From: Saprospiraceae bacterium
GTDB taxonomy: Bacteria > Bacteroidota > Bacteroidia > Chitinophagales > Saprospiraceae
Assembly: GCA_029262995.1 (NCBI GenBank)
Contig: JAJCYH010000018.1
Location: 52,326 to 116,325, forward strand
Direction of reading: 5' to 3'
Length of the DNA: 64,000 bases
Shown: positions 18,951-29,021 of the stretch, piece after piece
How the letters are laid out: each line of letters opens with the position of its first letter
How positions within the stretch are numbered: position 1 is the stretch's first letter
Program-made: the position numbers and the translations under genes
The notes under the pieces: model-generated
Database searches by the model: none
What the model saw: the letters and a program-made list of their open reading frames with translations, nothing else
Told to the model about the DNA's origin: nothing

Positions 18951-19505
18951 ATGAAAAATGAATGGCATGAGATAAGAATTCGATGTGCCAAAAACGAAAG
19001 GAAAGCACAAGAGCTGCTTTACCGTCATTTTTTTCCTGTAATGGAAAGAATGGTACTTCGCTTTACAAACGATGAAGATCAGATCATTGATATACTAAAT
19101 AATGCATTCTTGAAAGTCTTTAAGAAGATAGAATCTTTTCAAGGGAATGGTTCTTTTGAAGGTTGGATAAGAAAGATCGTTTATCACTCTATTAGTGATT
19201 ATTTCAGAAGTCGTCAAAAGGATTTGAAATTTTTGATTTACGAAAAGGAATTTTCCAAAGAACCCACACAAGCAGAAGATCAAAAGTTATACTATCAAGA
19301 TCTAATGAAGCTTATAAATAATCTGCCTGAAATGCATATGCAAGTTTTTCACTTATATGCAATTGAAGGTTATAACAATAAAGAAATAAGTGTCAAATTG
19401 AACATCAATCACAACACATGTAGATGGTATTTGGCAGAGGCAAGAAAATTACTCCAAGTAGAGTACAATAAATATTACTTAAAAGATTTTAATGAAACAG
19501 CCTAA
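18951..19505 (+). CDS. RNA polymerase ECF-type sigma-70 factor
   Basis: Region 2 (ILNNAFLKVFKKIESFQGNGSFEGWIRKIVYHSISDYFR) and region 4 (MQVFHLYAIEGYNNKEISVKLNINHNTCRWYLAEARKLL). The track ORF starts at a TTG at 18933. I prefer the ATG at 18951 because 18934..18947 is a perfect palindrome. Confidence 0.85.
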   Translation: MKNEWHEIRIRCAKNERKAQELLYRHFFPVMERMVLRFTNDEDQIIDILNNAFLKVFKKIESFQGNGSFEGWIRKIVYHSISDYFRSRQKDLKFLIYEKEFSKEPTQAEDQKLYYQDLMKLINNLPEMHMQVFHLYAIEGYNNKEISVKLNINHNTCRWYLAEARKLLQVEYNKYYLKDFNETA

Positions 19506-20763
19506 CGCAACCTACAGCAGAACAGATCGAGGATGGCAAAATATGGAAGCCATGCTCGAAAAAGAAATGCCGCCTAAGAAAAGAAGGTACTTGATAATTA
19601 TTTGGCTTCTAGCGGGTATTGCTATTTTATGGTCTACTAATTTCTTTATCCAGCCTATCAATGATGAGCATCTTGCGGATTCAACGCAAAGCATAATTAG
19701 TGAAAACCAATCACCTATCACTTTAGCGGAACATGACAATGTAGAAGTGGGAATGGATAAAAGAACCGTTACGACAGCATTGATTAACGAATCAAAAATT
19801 GAAGGTAACATTTCTCCATCCGTTAGTAACTCTAATTCCACAATAAACAAGTCGATAATAAACATCAATGATAAACAAGCAATTAAATCTTCTCAATATG
19901 AATCAATAGTTGAAAAAAATGAAATATCAAGGAATACTGAGAGTAAAAATAAATTTATAGTGCTTAACGCAAAAAAGTATAATAATACATCATCAAATAC
20001 CTCAACTAATACGCCTATAATTTACCAAGCTGAGGCAAAGGATAATATTAATGAACTGCCTTTGATCAACAAACGTGAATTTAACTTGATTTACAATGAA
20101 TATTTACCAGCTATTTCGATAGCGTTAGCCGAAAGCCATATCAGAGTTGAAGATTCGTTTGATACGGGTATTCACATTGGTGCTCTGATTGGAGGAGAAT
20201 ATCTTATCGACTTTAAGTCACCTGGAGTTATGGGGGGAGTTATTATCGAAAAACCAATTAGTAAATCACTGTCGATTGGATCGCAGTTAGCCTATTCAAT
20301 TAATAAAAGAACCATAACAGATGAAGATGGTTTATTAAATCAGGATGTAGATATACCAACGGTAGAAGATACTAATACTGGAACATTATCGACAATCGAA
20401 TCCATTTCAGTATTGAAATCCAGTACCGGAAATCTAAATGCATGGATGACCAATCTGTATGCTAAATATAAATTCAATAAGGGGTTATCATTAAAGTTAA
20501 GTGTAGGATTTGACTATTATCTTGATCATCTGAGATTGATCAATGAAAGCTTTAATGAAATAAATTTAAGTTCAGAAAATCTTTATCAGATCGAAAAAGG
20601 AAATAAAATTATTCCTATAACATCATTAGGCCTAGAATACAATATACATAAAGGCATTTCAGTATTTGCAGAATATAGAGTTGCTTTAGAAGATTACTAT
20701 ACCTTCGAATTAGAAAAGATAAACACAACAAAAGCATCATTAGGTTTAACTTTTAGTTTATAA
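19492..20763 (+). CDS. Membrane protein coupled to the ECF sigma factor (anti-sigma-like N-terminus, Asn/Ser-rich linker, beta-barrel-like C-terminus)
   Basis: Overlaps the sigma gene by 14 nt. It has one TM helix (YLIIIWLLAGIAILWSTNFFI). The C-terminal 200 aa or so look like an outer-membrane beta-barrel (ends SLGLTFSL). Confidence 0.45.
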   Translation: MKQPNATYSRTDRGWQNMEAMLEKEMPPKKRRYLIIIWLLAGIAILWSTNFFIQPINDEHLADSTQSIISENQSPITLAEHDNVEVGMDKRTVTTALINESKIEGNISPSVSNSNSTINKSIININDKQAIKSSQYESIVEKNEISRNTESKNKFIVLNAKKYNNTSSNTSTNTPIIYQAEAKDNINELPLINKREFNLIYNEYLPAISIALAESHIRVEDSFDTGIHIGALIGGEYLIDFKSPGVMGGVIIEKPISKSLSIGSQLAYSINKRTITDEDGLLNQDVDIPTVEDTNTGTLSTIESISVLKSSTGNLNAWMTNLYAKYKFNKGLSLKLSVGFDYYLDHLRLINESFNEINLSSENLYQIEKGNKIIPITSLGLEYNIHKGISVFAEYRVALEDYYTFELEKINTTKASLGLTFSL

Positions 20764-20782
20764 GAACCAGCAATGCAATTTA

Positions 20783-21418
20783 TTAAGGAATATCAAGATA
20801 CTTATGTGTCTGCACACTTAATTTGAATTGAGGATTTTCCTTACAGAATTTAATAGCTGCTTTAGTATTTTCTTCAGCCATTTCAGAATCCATAGGTTGG
20901 ATATATTTATGCGGAAAATCCCAGTTTGAAAAATCCAAAGGATCAATTCCCTTCTGAGGATATACAATTTTAATTTCTTGGCCCGATTGGATTACAAGTT
21001 TAGTATTAGCTTTTGGACTCATACAAATCCAGTCTATACCTTCTGGTAGTGCTAAAGTTCCATTCGTCTCAATGGCAATGTAACTGTTGATTGCTTTCAA
21101 TTCTTTTATCAATACTGAATCTAATTGTAGAGCTGGTTCCCCACCTGTAAAAACTATAAATGGGGCGTGATCCAAAGGCCATATCTCCAATATTTTTGCA
21201 CATAATTCCGAAGCAATATATTTCCCGCCATTTAATCCATCTATTCCCCAAAAATCAGTATCACAAAATTTGCAAATCGCTTTTTCTCTGTCCTCTTCTC
21301 TACCGGACCATAAATTACAACCAGAAAAACGACAAAACACAGCTGGCTGCCCTGAGTGATATGCTTCACCCTGAAGAGTATAGTAGATTTCCTTTATGCT
21401 ATAAACACGATTTTTCAC
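20783..21418 (-). CDS. queE: 7-carboxy-7-deazaguanine synthase (radical SAM)
   Basis: YTLQGEAYHSGQPAVFCRFSGCNLWSG...CKFCDTDF matches the QueE cluster-binding region. Length is 211 aa. Confidence 0.85.
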   Translation of the reverse strand: MKNRVYSIKEIYYTLQGEAYHSGQPAVFCRFSGCNLWSGREEDREKAICKFCDTDFWGIDGLNGGKYIASELCAKILEIWPLDHAPFIVFTGGEPALQLDSVLIKELKAINSYIAIETNGTLALPEGIDWICMSPKANTKLVIQSGQEIKIVYPQKGIDPLDFSNWDFPHKYIQPMDSEMAEENTKAAIKFCKENPQFKLSVQTHKYLDIP

Positions 21419-21605
21419 AATGCGAAACTAAGCTATTTAATCTTAAGACAAAAGCAGGTTTGACTATCAATATTTACTCACTACGTTATTTATTATCGCG
21501 ATTTCCTTAATTTTTTTGCCCATAACATAGTGCAATCATAAGATAATTTGGTTTACTTCGAGTCTCATTATATTACGATAAAATATAATTTGATTAATCT
21601 ATATT

Positions 21606-22658
21606 ATGGCTAAACTTTTAGTTACAGGTTCTTCAGGTTTGATAGGCTCGGAAGTGTGCAGTCATTTTGCTCAGCTGGGTTGGGAGGCTCATGGGATTGA
21701 TAATAATCAGCGTGCTATATTTCTTGGTGAAAAAGGAGATACACGATGGAATCAAAATCGACTTTCTCGTGAAATAAATAATTTTCATCATCATGAAATT
21801 GACATTAGAGACAGAGACAGAATAGTTGAAGTTATTAAAACCATTAAACCTACTGCCATCGTTCATGCTGCCGCCCAACCTTCTCATGATAAGGCTGCAG
21901 AAATTCCATTCCAAGATTTTGATACCAATGCAGTTGGTACATTCAATTTGCTAGAAGCAACACGAAGGTATAGTACTGAAGTTCCCTTTATCCATCTTTC
22001 AACAAATAAAGTCTATGGAGATAAGCCCAATTCAATTCCTTTAAAAGAGTCAGAAAGTAGATTTGATTATAGTGATGACAAGTATATAAACGGAATTTCT
22101 GAAGACTTCGGAATTGATCAGTGCAAACATTCATTATTTGGTGCGTCAAAAGTATCAGCAGATATTTGCGTTCAGGAATATGGAAGGTATTTTAATATGC
22201 CAACAACTTGCTTAAGGGGAGGTTGCCTTACTGGTCCCAACCACAGTGGAGTTGAACTGCATGGGTTTCTAAGCTATCTAATTCAATGCAACATAACGGA
22301 AAAACAGTATACAGTTTTTGGATATAAAGGCAAGCAAGTAAGAGACAATATTCACTCGCTTGATGTTGCACGGTTTATCCATGAATTTATTAAAGCACCA
22401 AGAATAGCTGAAGTATACAATTTGGGTGGAGGAAAATCAAACAGTTGTTCTATACTCGAAGCTTTTGATATAATATCCAAAATAAGCGGTAAAGAAATGA
22501 AATATAGTTACAGTGAGATCAATCGCATAGGTGATCACATTTGCTATTATTCAGATTTAAGTAAAATGAAAAAACACTACCCACAATGGGGTATTAGCAA
22601 ATCACTGGAAGATATTTTTAAAGAAATATACGATTCTTGGGTGCAACGAAAAAAATAA
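21606..22658 (+). CDS. NAD-dependent sugar-nucleotide epimerase/dehydratase (SDR family)
   Basis: Rossmann motif [19 protein letters not shown], and catalytic YGASK-like FGASKVSAD. Confidence 0.8.
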   Translation: MAKLLVTGSSGLIGSEVCSHFAQLGWEAHGIDNNQRAIFLGEKGDTRWNQNRLSREINNFHHHEIDIRDRDRIVEVIKTIKPTAIVHAAAQPSHDKAAEIPFQDFDTNAVGTFNLLEATRRYSTEVPFIHLSTNKVYGDKPNSIPLKESESRFDYSDDKYINGISEDFGIDQCKHSLFGASKVSADICVQEYGRYFNMPTTCLRGGCLTGPNHSGVELHGFLSYLIQCNITEKQYTVFGYKGKQVRDNIHSLDVARFIHEFIKAPRIAEVYNLGGGKSNSCSILEAFDIISKISGKEMKYSYSEINRIGDHICYYSDLSKMKKHYPQWGISKSLEDIFKEIYDSWVQRKK

Positions 22659-23812
22659 GCGTAACCATCGTTAATCGATACTACCCTCCTGATGGCAGTA
22701 TCACTTCTGAATCAGCTCTTGATTTATGTAAATTTTTAATTTCCAAAGGTGTTGTAGTCAATATAATTTGCACCAAAGCAGCATACAATAATAGTAATAG
22801 TAATATTGCCAGAACAATCCTTGGCATAGTTCATCGAATTTCTGGATTTTATCAAGGGAAAAATAACTTCTTGAGACTTATCTCAAGCACAGTTGAGTCA
22901 TTTTTATTGATTAGAAAATCTTTAAAGATAAACGCTGATATTACTATTGTAATGACGAGTCCACCATTGCTTAATTATTTCGTTGCTCTTCTTTTTAGAA
23001 AAAGAAAAAAAAGATGGATTTACTGGAGCTTGGATCTATACCCTGAAGCCTTTAAAGCTAACAAATTGGTCAATGCCAATAATCTCATCTATAAACATGT
23101 TCTAGCAATATCTTATTCTTATCCTCCCGAGGCAATTATAGCACTTGGAAAAAATCAAGCAGCATATCTAAATCATAAGTTTGGTAAAAATCTTAATAAT
23201 TTCATCCTTCCTTGCGGTGTATTCTTGAATTCAAATAATGAAGCTAGAGGTAAAATTCCTTTTTGGAAAAAAGAAAAAGATAAAATTTATTTCGGATATA
23301 TAGGCAATTTAGGAGAAGCGCATTCTGTTGACTTTCTCAAACTTTTAATCGATAATTTAAATCCTGATTTCCATAGATTAGTCCTGGCTGTTTATGGATC
23401 TAAGTCACAAGAACTTTTAGGGTATATCAAAAACAAATCAGATACTATCCTTCTATTAGATCATATCGATAGAGGGGATTTAACTCATATAGATATCCAT
23501 AGTGCAAGTCTGAATACTGAATGGACTCATATATGTGTGCCGTCCAAATTGGTAAGTGCAGTGCATCAATCTTCTTGCTTTCTTTTTATGGGTCCGCAGA
23601 CAAGTGATAGTTGGGAATATTTAAATGAAGCGGGATGGAGAATCGATAATCTCAAACCTATAGACGATCAATTGAAAGCTTTTTTAAATAACCTTACAAA
23701 AGATGCCGTTCGACAAAAGCAAAAGGCTGCAATTAAGTTGTCTTCAGAAATTGAATCCGATGTTCAATTAGCCTATAATAAACTCTTTCATTTTTTAAGT
23801 AATGATATTTGA
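22637..23812 (+). CDS. Glycosyltransferase (GT-B fold, group 1/WcaI-like)
   Basis: The N-terminus [15 protein letters not shown] is typical of GT4-like enzymes. It pairs with the upstream epimerase. The TTG start at 22637 overlaps the epimerase, so the exact start is uncertain. Confidence 0.55.
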   Translation: MGATKKISVTIVNRYYPPDGSITSESALDLCKFLISKGVVVNIICTKAAYNNSNSNIARTILGIVHRISGFYQGKNNFLRLISSTVESFLLIRKSLKINADITIVMTSPPLLNYFVALLFRKRKKRWIYWSLDLYPEAFKANKLVNANNLIYKHVLAISYSYPPEAIIALGKNQAAYLNHKFGKNLNNFILPCGVFLNSNNEARGKIPFWKKEKDKIYFGYIGNLGEAHSVDFLKLLIDNLNPDFHRLVLAVYGSKSQELLGYIKNKSDTILLLDHIDRGDLTHIDIHSASLNTEWTHICVPSKLVSAVHQSSCFLFMGPQTSDSWEYLNEAGWRIDNLKPIDDQLKAFLNNLTKDAVRQKQKAAIKLSSEIESDVQLAYNKLFHFLSNDI

Positions 23813-23814
23813 GT

Positions 23815-24294
23815 TTACTTTAGTCTTGCTTGAAAAAGAAAGCCACAGTTGATATCAAACGTATCTTGCCAAGTTAAATCAAGTTGATTGGAAGTTCGGA
23901 CAAAAATCCCAGAGTTGTAAAGTGAATCTTTGCAGTCGGACAAACAAAAATTTATATCGTTAAAACCTGAAGACAAATAATTGCCTGACTCAGTTTCGAG
24001 TGTATCCTTTCCGTCTACATTTTTGGATAACATGAAAGTATAATTTCCAGAATCATCAAAATCAAGGGAATAAGAAAGAAATTTTACTTCCTTACCATTT
24101 ATGCTGTATGTACTGTCTAGCGTAAAATCAATTTTGATATCAGAAATTGAATCTTCGCATTCAACTTTTTCATAATAATATGCTTCCCAGGTACCTGTAA
24201 TAAATATAGGCTGTGCTTCTTTGGTACATGAAGTGATGTACACCAATCCAGCTAATAATGATAAGAAAATATATTTTTGATTCATAGAGCTCAT
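23815..24294 (-). CDS. Hypothetical lipoprotein
   Basis: Lipobox LVYITSC, small beta-rich protein. I recognise no family. Confidence 0.4.
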   Translation of the reverse strand: MSSMNQKYIFLSLLAGLVYITSCTKEAQPIFITGTWEAYYYEKVECEDSISDIKIDFTLDSTYSINGKEVKFLSYSLDFDDSGNYTFMLSKNVDGKDTLETESGNYLSSGFNDINFCLSDCKDSLYNSGIFVRTSNQLDLTWQDTFDINCGFLFQARLK

Positions 24295-24296
24295 AT

Positions 24297-24338
24297 CCTA
24301 AAATAAGAAAGTTGTTATCAATTAAGACAACAACTTTC
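24297..24338 (-). terminator. Rho-independent-type hairpin after nqrF
   Basis: Perfect 10-bp stem GAAAGTTGTT/AACAACTTTC (24307..24316 and 24329..24338) with a 12-nt loop, followed on the minus strand by TTATTTTA. The tail ends just before the ATG of the next gene. Confidence 0.6.
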
Positions 24339-24360
24339 CATATGAATTTATTTTATTATT

Positions 24361-25686
24361 CTATCCTCCAAAATCATCGAAGGCGATATTTTCTTCAGGT
24401 ACACCAAGTTCATCCAATGCTTTAATTACTGAAGCATTCATAGCTGGAGGGCCACAGAAATAATATTCTACTTCTTCTGGTTCTTCATGTTTTGCCAAAT
24501 ATTGTTGAACACAAACCGGCATAATGAACCCTTTAAAACCATCACCAGGAGCATCAATATCCTCTTTTACTTGCCAGTTATCCTCTTCTAATGGATTATC
24601 TAAGGCTACATAAAATTTAAAGTTTGGAAATTCCTTCTCTATCTGTCTGAATTCATCAATGTAGAATAGTTCTCTTTTAGTTCTTCCACCATACCAAAAC
24701 GATACTTTACGATCTGTAATTTTTAAAGTATGAAACATATGGAACAAATGAGATCTCAATGGAGCCATTCCAGCACCACCACCAATATAAACCATTTCCT
24801 TTTTGGTGTCTTTAATAAAGAATTCACCATATGGACCAGATATAACACATTTATCACCAGGCTTAAGTCCAAATACATAAGATGAACATACTCCAGGATT
24901 TACATCTAACCATCCATTCTTAGTTCTATCCCAAGGCGGTGTGGCAATACGAATGTTTAGCTTAACTATATTACCTTCAGCGGGGTGGTTGGCCATTGAA
25001 TAAGCTCTAAATTGTGGCTCATCATTAACCATTTTTAGATTCCATAGATTATAATCATCCCATTCTGATTTAAACTTTTTGGGATCATCATGATAATCAG
25101 GATGCGCTGTAATATCAATATCTTTAAAATTTACGGTTACCAGCGGTACATCAATTTGTATATAACCACCTGCTTTAAAATCAAGTTCTTCTCCTTCCGG
25201 TAGTCTTACAACAAATTCTTTGATGAAGGAAGCTACATTATAATTGGCGATGACTTCACATTCCCATTTCTTAATGCCAAATACTTCTTCAGGAACAGAG
25301 ATTTGCATGTTTTCTCTAACTTTTACCTGACATGCTAAACGCTTACCTTCTGCAGCTTCTTTTCTGGTAAGGTGGTTCATTTCAGTTGGAAGAACATCTC
25401 CACCTCCTGAATAAACATGACATTCACACATAGCACAGGTTCCACCACCACCACAAGCAGACGGAAGGAAAAGATTATTCTCAGATAGAGCTCCAAGCAA
25501 ATTTACACCAGGTTGTACTCTAAGGGGATTTTCTTCATCTTCGTTAACAATAATAAATACATCACCTTGTGGTACCAGTTTTTTACGCGCGTAAATCAAC
25601 ATCATTGAAAGCGCTAGAATCACTCCACAAAAAACAATAAGTGCGAATAAAACCGGCATCAATTCCAAAAGAACAATAATCGTCAT
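24361..25686 (-). CDS. nqrF: Na+-translocating NADH:quinone oxidoreductase subunit F
   Basis: N-terminal TM helix, 2Fe-2S ferredoxin motif [23 protein letters not shown]-binding domain, and the NqrF-typical C-terminal end DDFGG. Confidence 0.95.
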   Translation of the reverse strand: MTIIVLLELMPVLFALIVFCGVILALSMMLIYARKKLVPQGDVFIIVNEDEENPLRVQPGVNLLGALSENNLFLPSACGGGGTCAMCECHVYSGGGDVLPTEMNHLTRKEAAEGKRLACQVKVRENMQISVPEEVFGIKKWECEVIANYNVASFIKEFVVRLPEGEELDFKAGGYIQIDVPLVTVNFKDIDITAHPDYHDDPKKFKSEWDDYNLWNLKMVNDEPQFRAYSMANHPAEGNIVKLNIRIATPPWDRTKNGWLDVNPGVCSSYVFGLKPGDKCVISGPYGEFFIKDTKKEMVYIGGGAGMAPLRSHLFHMFHTLKITDRKVSFWYGGRTKRELFYIDEFRQIEKEFPNFKFYVALDNPLEEDNWQVKEDIDAPGDGFKGFIMPVCVQQYLAKHEEPEEVEYYFCGPPAMNASVIKALDELGVPEENIAFDDFGG

Positions 25687-25710
25687 TTCTTTAAATTGTC
25701 GTTATTTAAA

Positions 25711-26310
25711 CTAAAATGCTGCAGGATCAATTCCCATTAATCCCATAAATGCCATTCCCATTAATCCTGTTAATAAAAAGGCCATTCCTAATCCCCTTAA
25801 TGCAGGAGGAACATTAGAATACTTAATTTTTTCTCTTATCGCAGCGATAGCAACTATAGCTAAAAACCATCCAAATCCACCTCCTAACCCGAAGGCAACA
25901 GATTCAGTAAAATTATACTCCTTAGATACCATAAAAAGTGACCCGCCCAGAATAGCACAGTTTACTGTAATTAATGGAAGGAAAATTCCAAGAGAATTAT
26001 ATAAAGCTGGAGAATATTTCTCAACAACCATTTCAACCAACTGCACCATTGAAGCGATAACAGCGATAAAAAGAATAAACCTTAGAAAAGTTAAATCTGT
26101 TCCAAAAATGCCATTCTCTGACAACAACACAGTATTAATCAACCAGTTAATCGGCATCGTAATACCAAGAACAAAGATTACAGCTAGTCCAAGACCAAAG
26201 GCTGTTTTCACTGTTTTAGAAACGGCCAAATAAGAACACATTCCAAGAAAATAAGACAAAGCAAGATTTTCTATGAATGCGGATTTTATAAAAATATTTA
26301 CTAATTCCAT
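25711..26310 (-). CDS. nqrE: Na+-NQR subunit E
   Basis: 199-aa polytopic protein at the position between nqrD and nqrF, with NqrE/RnfA-like sequence. Confidence 0.9.
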   Translation of the reverse strand: MELVNIFIKSAFIENLALSYFLGMCSYLAVSKTVKTAFGLGLAVIFVLGITMPINWLINTVLLSENGIFGTDLTFLRFILFIAVIASMVQLVEMVVEKYSPALYNSLGIFLPLITVNCAILGGSLFMVSKEYNFTESVAFGLGGGFGWFLAIVAIAAIREKIKYSNVPPALRGLGMAFLLTGLMGMAFMGLMGIDPAAF

Positions 26311-26321
26311 TTTATATTTCT

Positions 26322-27017
26322 TTAGGATACGTCAACCAATTTAGGATTCCAAGCTCTATGTGCCCAGATTAATATAGCGATCACAAACATTGCCGATGGA
26401 AATAAAACCATCAAGTTATTGCTTTGATACCATCCAAATAATGTACTTTCCGTTGTGTTGATAGCATATTCTGCAGATGCACCAATAATTTTAGCACCAT
26501 AGATTTCCCCTTTACCAAAGAACTCTCTGAAAAAAGCAACGATTATTAAGATAATTCCATAACCAATACCGTTTCCTAGACCATCCAAGGCAGATTCATA
26601 AGGTCTGTTAGCCATAGCAAAAGCTTCAAGTCTTCCCATAACTATACAGTTGGTAATAATCAATCCAATGAACACAGATAATTGCTTATAGCTTTCAAAA
26701 GCATAAGCTTTTAAAACCAACTCCACAATTGTTACAAGAGATGCAATAATTATCAATTGAACGATCATCCTAACCTGCTTGGGAATTGACTTCCTGAACA
26801 TGGAAGTAATGGCATTGGAGAATATACAAACAAAGATAACAGCAATAGCCATAACCAAAGCATTCTTCATTCCCGTTGTAACAGCAAGAGCCGAGCATAT
26901 TCCTAAAACCTGTACTGTGATAGGATTGTCATCGTTTATTGGATCTGTCAACAACTTTCTTTCCTTCTTTCCGAAGGAAATTGTTCTTTTCTTTTCAACT
27001 ACCGCAGTATCTGCCAT
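26322..27017 (-). CDS. nqrD: Na+-NQR subunit D
   Basis: Polytopic protein with NqrD/RnfE-like sequence ([17 protein letters not shown]), in the operon position. Confidence 0.9.
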   Translation of the reverse strand: MADTAVVEKKRTISFGKKERKLLTDPINDDNPITVQVLGICSALAVTTGMKNALVMAIAVIFVCIFSNAITSMFRKSIPKQVRMIVQLIIIASLVTIVELVLKAYAFESYKQLSVFIGLIITNCIVMGRLEAFAMANRPYESALDGLGNGIGYGIILIIVAFFREFFGKGEIYGAKIIGASAEYAINTTESTLFGWYQSNNLMVLFPSAMFVIAILIWAHRAWNPKLVDVS

Positions 27018-27019
27018 AA

Positions 27020-27763
27020 TTAACTTTTAATTGTTTTCAAATACGGTTCGTAGGCTTTTAAACCACTTTCTAACATATCGCTTACACCATCCGCTGTAAT
27101 AGTAGCACCAGAAATTCCATCCACTTCATGGACAGGATCTTTTGCGCCTCCTTTCCTGACTGTTACAGACATAAATTTATCTCCATCATAGATCTTTTTG
27201 CCAATAAATTGACGTACCCATGATTTGTTGTCTTTAATTTCAGCACCCAATCCAGGAGTCTCTCCTTTATGATCAAAGGATACTCCAGCTATAGTACTCA
27301 AGTCAGATTCAAGAGCAATATTCCCCCATATCGCATCCCAAAGACCCTTACCTCTAGTATATAAAATATAATACACTGATCCGTCAGATTTGGTAAATTT
27401 ATAAACAGGTCTTAATCTATCTGCAGCTGGTTTTTTCTGTTCTCTTGAAAGATCAAGATTCTCTGCTTTACCTTCTTTAATACCCCTTTCAATAAGCTCT
27501 TCGGTACTGTATACCTTGCCAGATTGATCAACAACTACTTGCTCTATTTGCTCATCAAATATTTTTTGTACATCATTATCTTTCAAAGTAGCAAAATCAC
27601 CTGCTATATGATTTGAAACTGCAGCTAAGGTTGCTTTTTTTGAATAAATAGATTCGTTTTGATCGTGTTTTGATTTTAGTCCATTTTGCAATGCAGCCAG
27701 AATAAGGGCAACAATTGAAGTCATTATCAATACAAAGCGAATTATTGAAGTTGTACTATGCAT
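27020..27763 (-). CDS. nqrC: Na+-NQR subunit C
   Basis: Single N-terminal TM helix and an FMN-attachment motif region (GISGATITADGV), in the operon position. Confidence 0.9.
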   Translation of the reverse strand: MHSTTSIIRFVLIMTSIVALILAALQNGLKSKHDQNESIYSKKATLAAVSNHIAGDFATLKDNDVQKIFDEQIEQVVVDQSGKVYSTEELIERGIKEGKAENLDLSREQKKPAADRLRPVYKFTKSDGSVYYILYTRGKGLWDAIWGNIALESDLSTIAGVSFDHKGETPGLGAEIKDNKSWVRQFIGKKIYDGDKFMSVTVRKGGAKDPVHEVDGISGATITADGVSDMLESGLKAYEPYLKTIKS

Positions 27764-29003
27764 GCGATAATCTTTTTTTCATGTTTGATTCAAGAACAAA
27801 ATGATCAATTAATGGAGCCATTGTATTCAAGAATAATATAGCCAACATCCATCCTTCAGGATAGGCTGGGTTAAATACTCTAATCAATAAACCTAAAGCA
27901 CCAATCATAAAACCATAGATCCATTTTCCTGTATTGGTTGATGCTGCTGTTACAGGGTCAGTTGCCATAAATGCCATTGCAAAGAAGAAACTACCCATAT
28001 AAAAGTGATAATACCATGGTACACTCATAAATGCAGTTGCATCCCAGGCATTAAAAATATATCCCATAAAAGCTGCCCCTAAAACCATGCTTAGCATAAT
28101 TCTCCAACTGGCAATACCAGTCAACAATAACATAGCAGCTCCTATTAAAATTAAAGGCTTAGAAGTTTCTCCAATAGATCCTGGAATAGTTCCCCACCAC
28201 ATATGAGCAACTGTAAATTGCTCTGTAACAGCCTCCCATCCACCTTGATAGGCCAAAGCCAGTGGAGTCGCTCCACTGTACCCATCCGCTATCACCGCAG
28301 TAGAATTAAAGGTATCTAGGTTCATCCAACCAAACAAACTGTTAAAAACATTGTGCGCCCATCCATAATCTACAGCAGCACCAGGTGCTATCTCTGTAAA
28401 TCCAGCAACCCAAGCACCATCTCCAGAAATTGATGTTGGATAAGCAAAGAATACAAACACTCTAGCCAATAATGCCACATTCCAAATGTTCATTCCTGTA
28501 CCTCCAAAAGCTTCTTTTCCAAGAATAACTGCAAAAACAACAGAAACACAAAGAATCCAAATCGGAATATCAGGAGGCATAATCAATGGAATAAGAGCAC
28601 CAGAAACCAAAAATCCTTCTTCAACGGCATGTCCTTTCTTTGCAGCAAACCAGAATTCAATACCCAAACCAACAACGTGGGTCCAGATGAATATTGGAAG
28701 CATCTTGATCAGTCCATGACCTAATTTCAAATGAAATCCTTCAAGGAATCCTGGGTACATCCCAACCGCATCAAAATGTTGATGACCAATGTTGTATGTA
28801 CCAAATAAATAACAAAGTTGAAGGGCGATTACAACAAATACCATTGTTCTCTTTAAATCCATTCCATCACGGATATGAACTCCTCCTTTAGTTGTTGTAT
28901 TTGGTGTAAATGCAAATGTGAAAAATGCATCGTACGCCGTATGTAAAAACGGACTATTCTTTTTGTCCGGTTCAATCTTTTTAAATAAATCTACTAATCC
29001 CAT
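27756..29003 (-). CDS. nqrB: Na+-NQR subunit B
   Basis: Polytopic protein with NqrB/RnfD-like sequence including YSGATPLA (FMN site), in the operon position. Confidence 0.9.
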   Translation of the reverse strand: MGLVDLFKKIEPDKKNSPFLHTAYDAFFTFAFTPNTTTKGGVHIRDGMDLKRTMVFVVIALQLCYLFGTYNIGHQHFDAVGMYPGFLEGFHLKLGHGLIKMLPIFIWTHVVGLGIEFWFAAKKGHAVEEGFLVSGALIPLIMPPDIPIWILCVSVVFAVILGKEAFGGTGMNIWNVALLARVFVFFAYPTSISGDGAWVAGFTEIAPGAAVDYGWAHNVFNSLFGWMNLDTFNSTAVIADGYSGATPLALAYQGGWEAVTEQFTVAHMWWGTIPGSIGETSKPLILIGAAMLLLTGIASWRIMLSMVLGAAFMGYIFNAWDATAFMSVPWYYHFYMGSFFFAMAFMATDPVTAASTNTGKWIYGFMIGALGLLIRVFNPAYPEGWMLAILFLNTMAPLIDHFVLESNMKKRLSHA

Positions 29004-29021
29004 TATAAACTCTTAAATGTA

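Noticed and set aside
23005-23012. A8 homopolymer inside the glycosyltransferase gene as a phase-variation tract
   Set aside because: It encodes a Lys/Arg-rich stretch (RKRKKRW). Comparable A-runs occur in several other genes of this AT-rich sequence. Eight A residues is short for efficient slippage.
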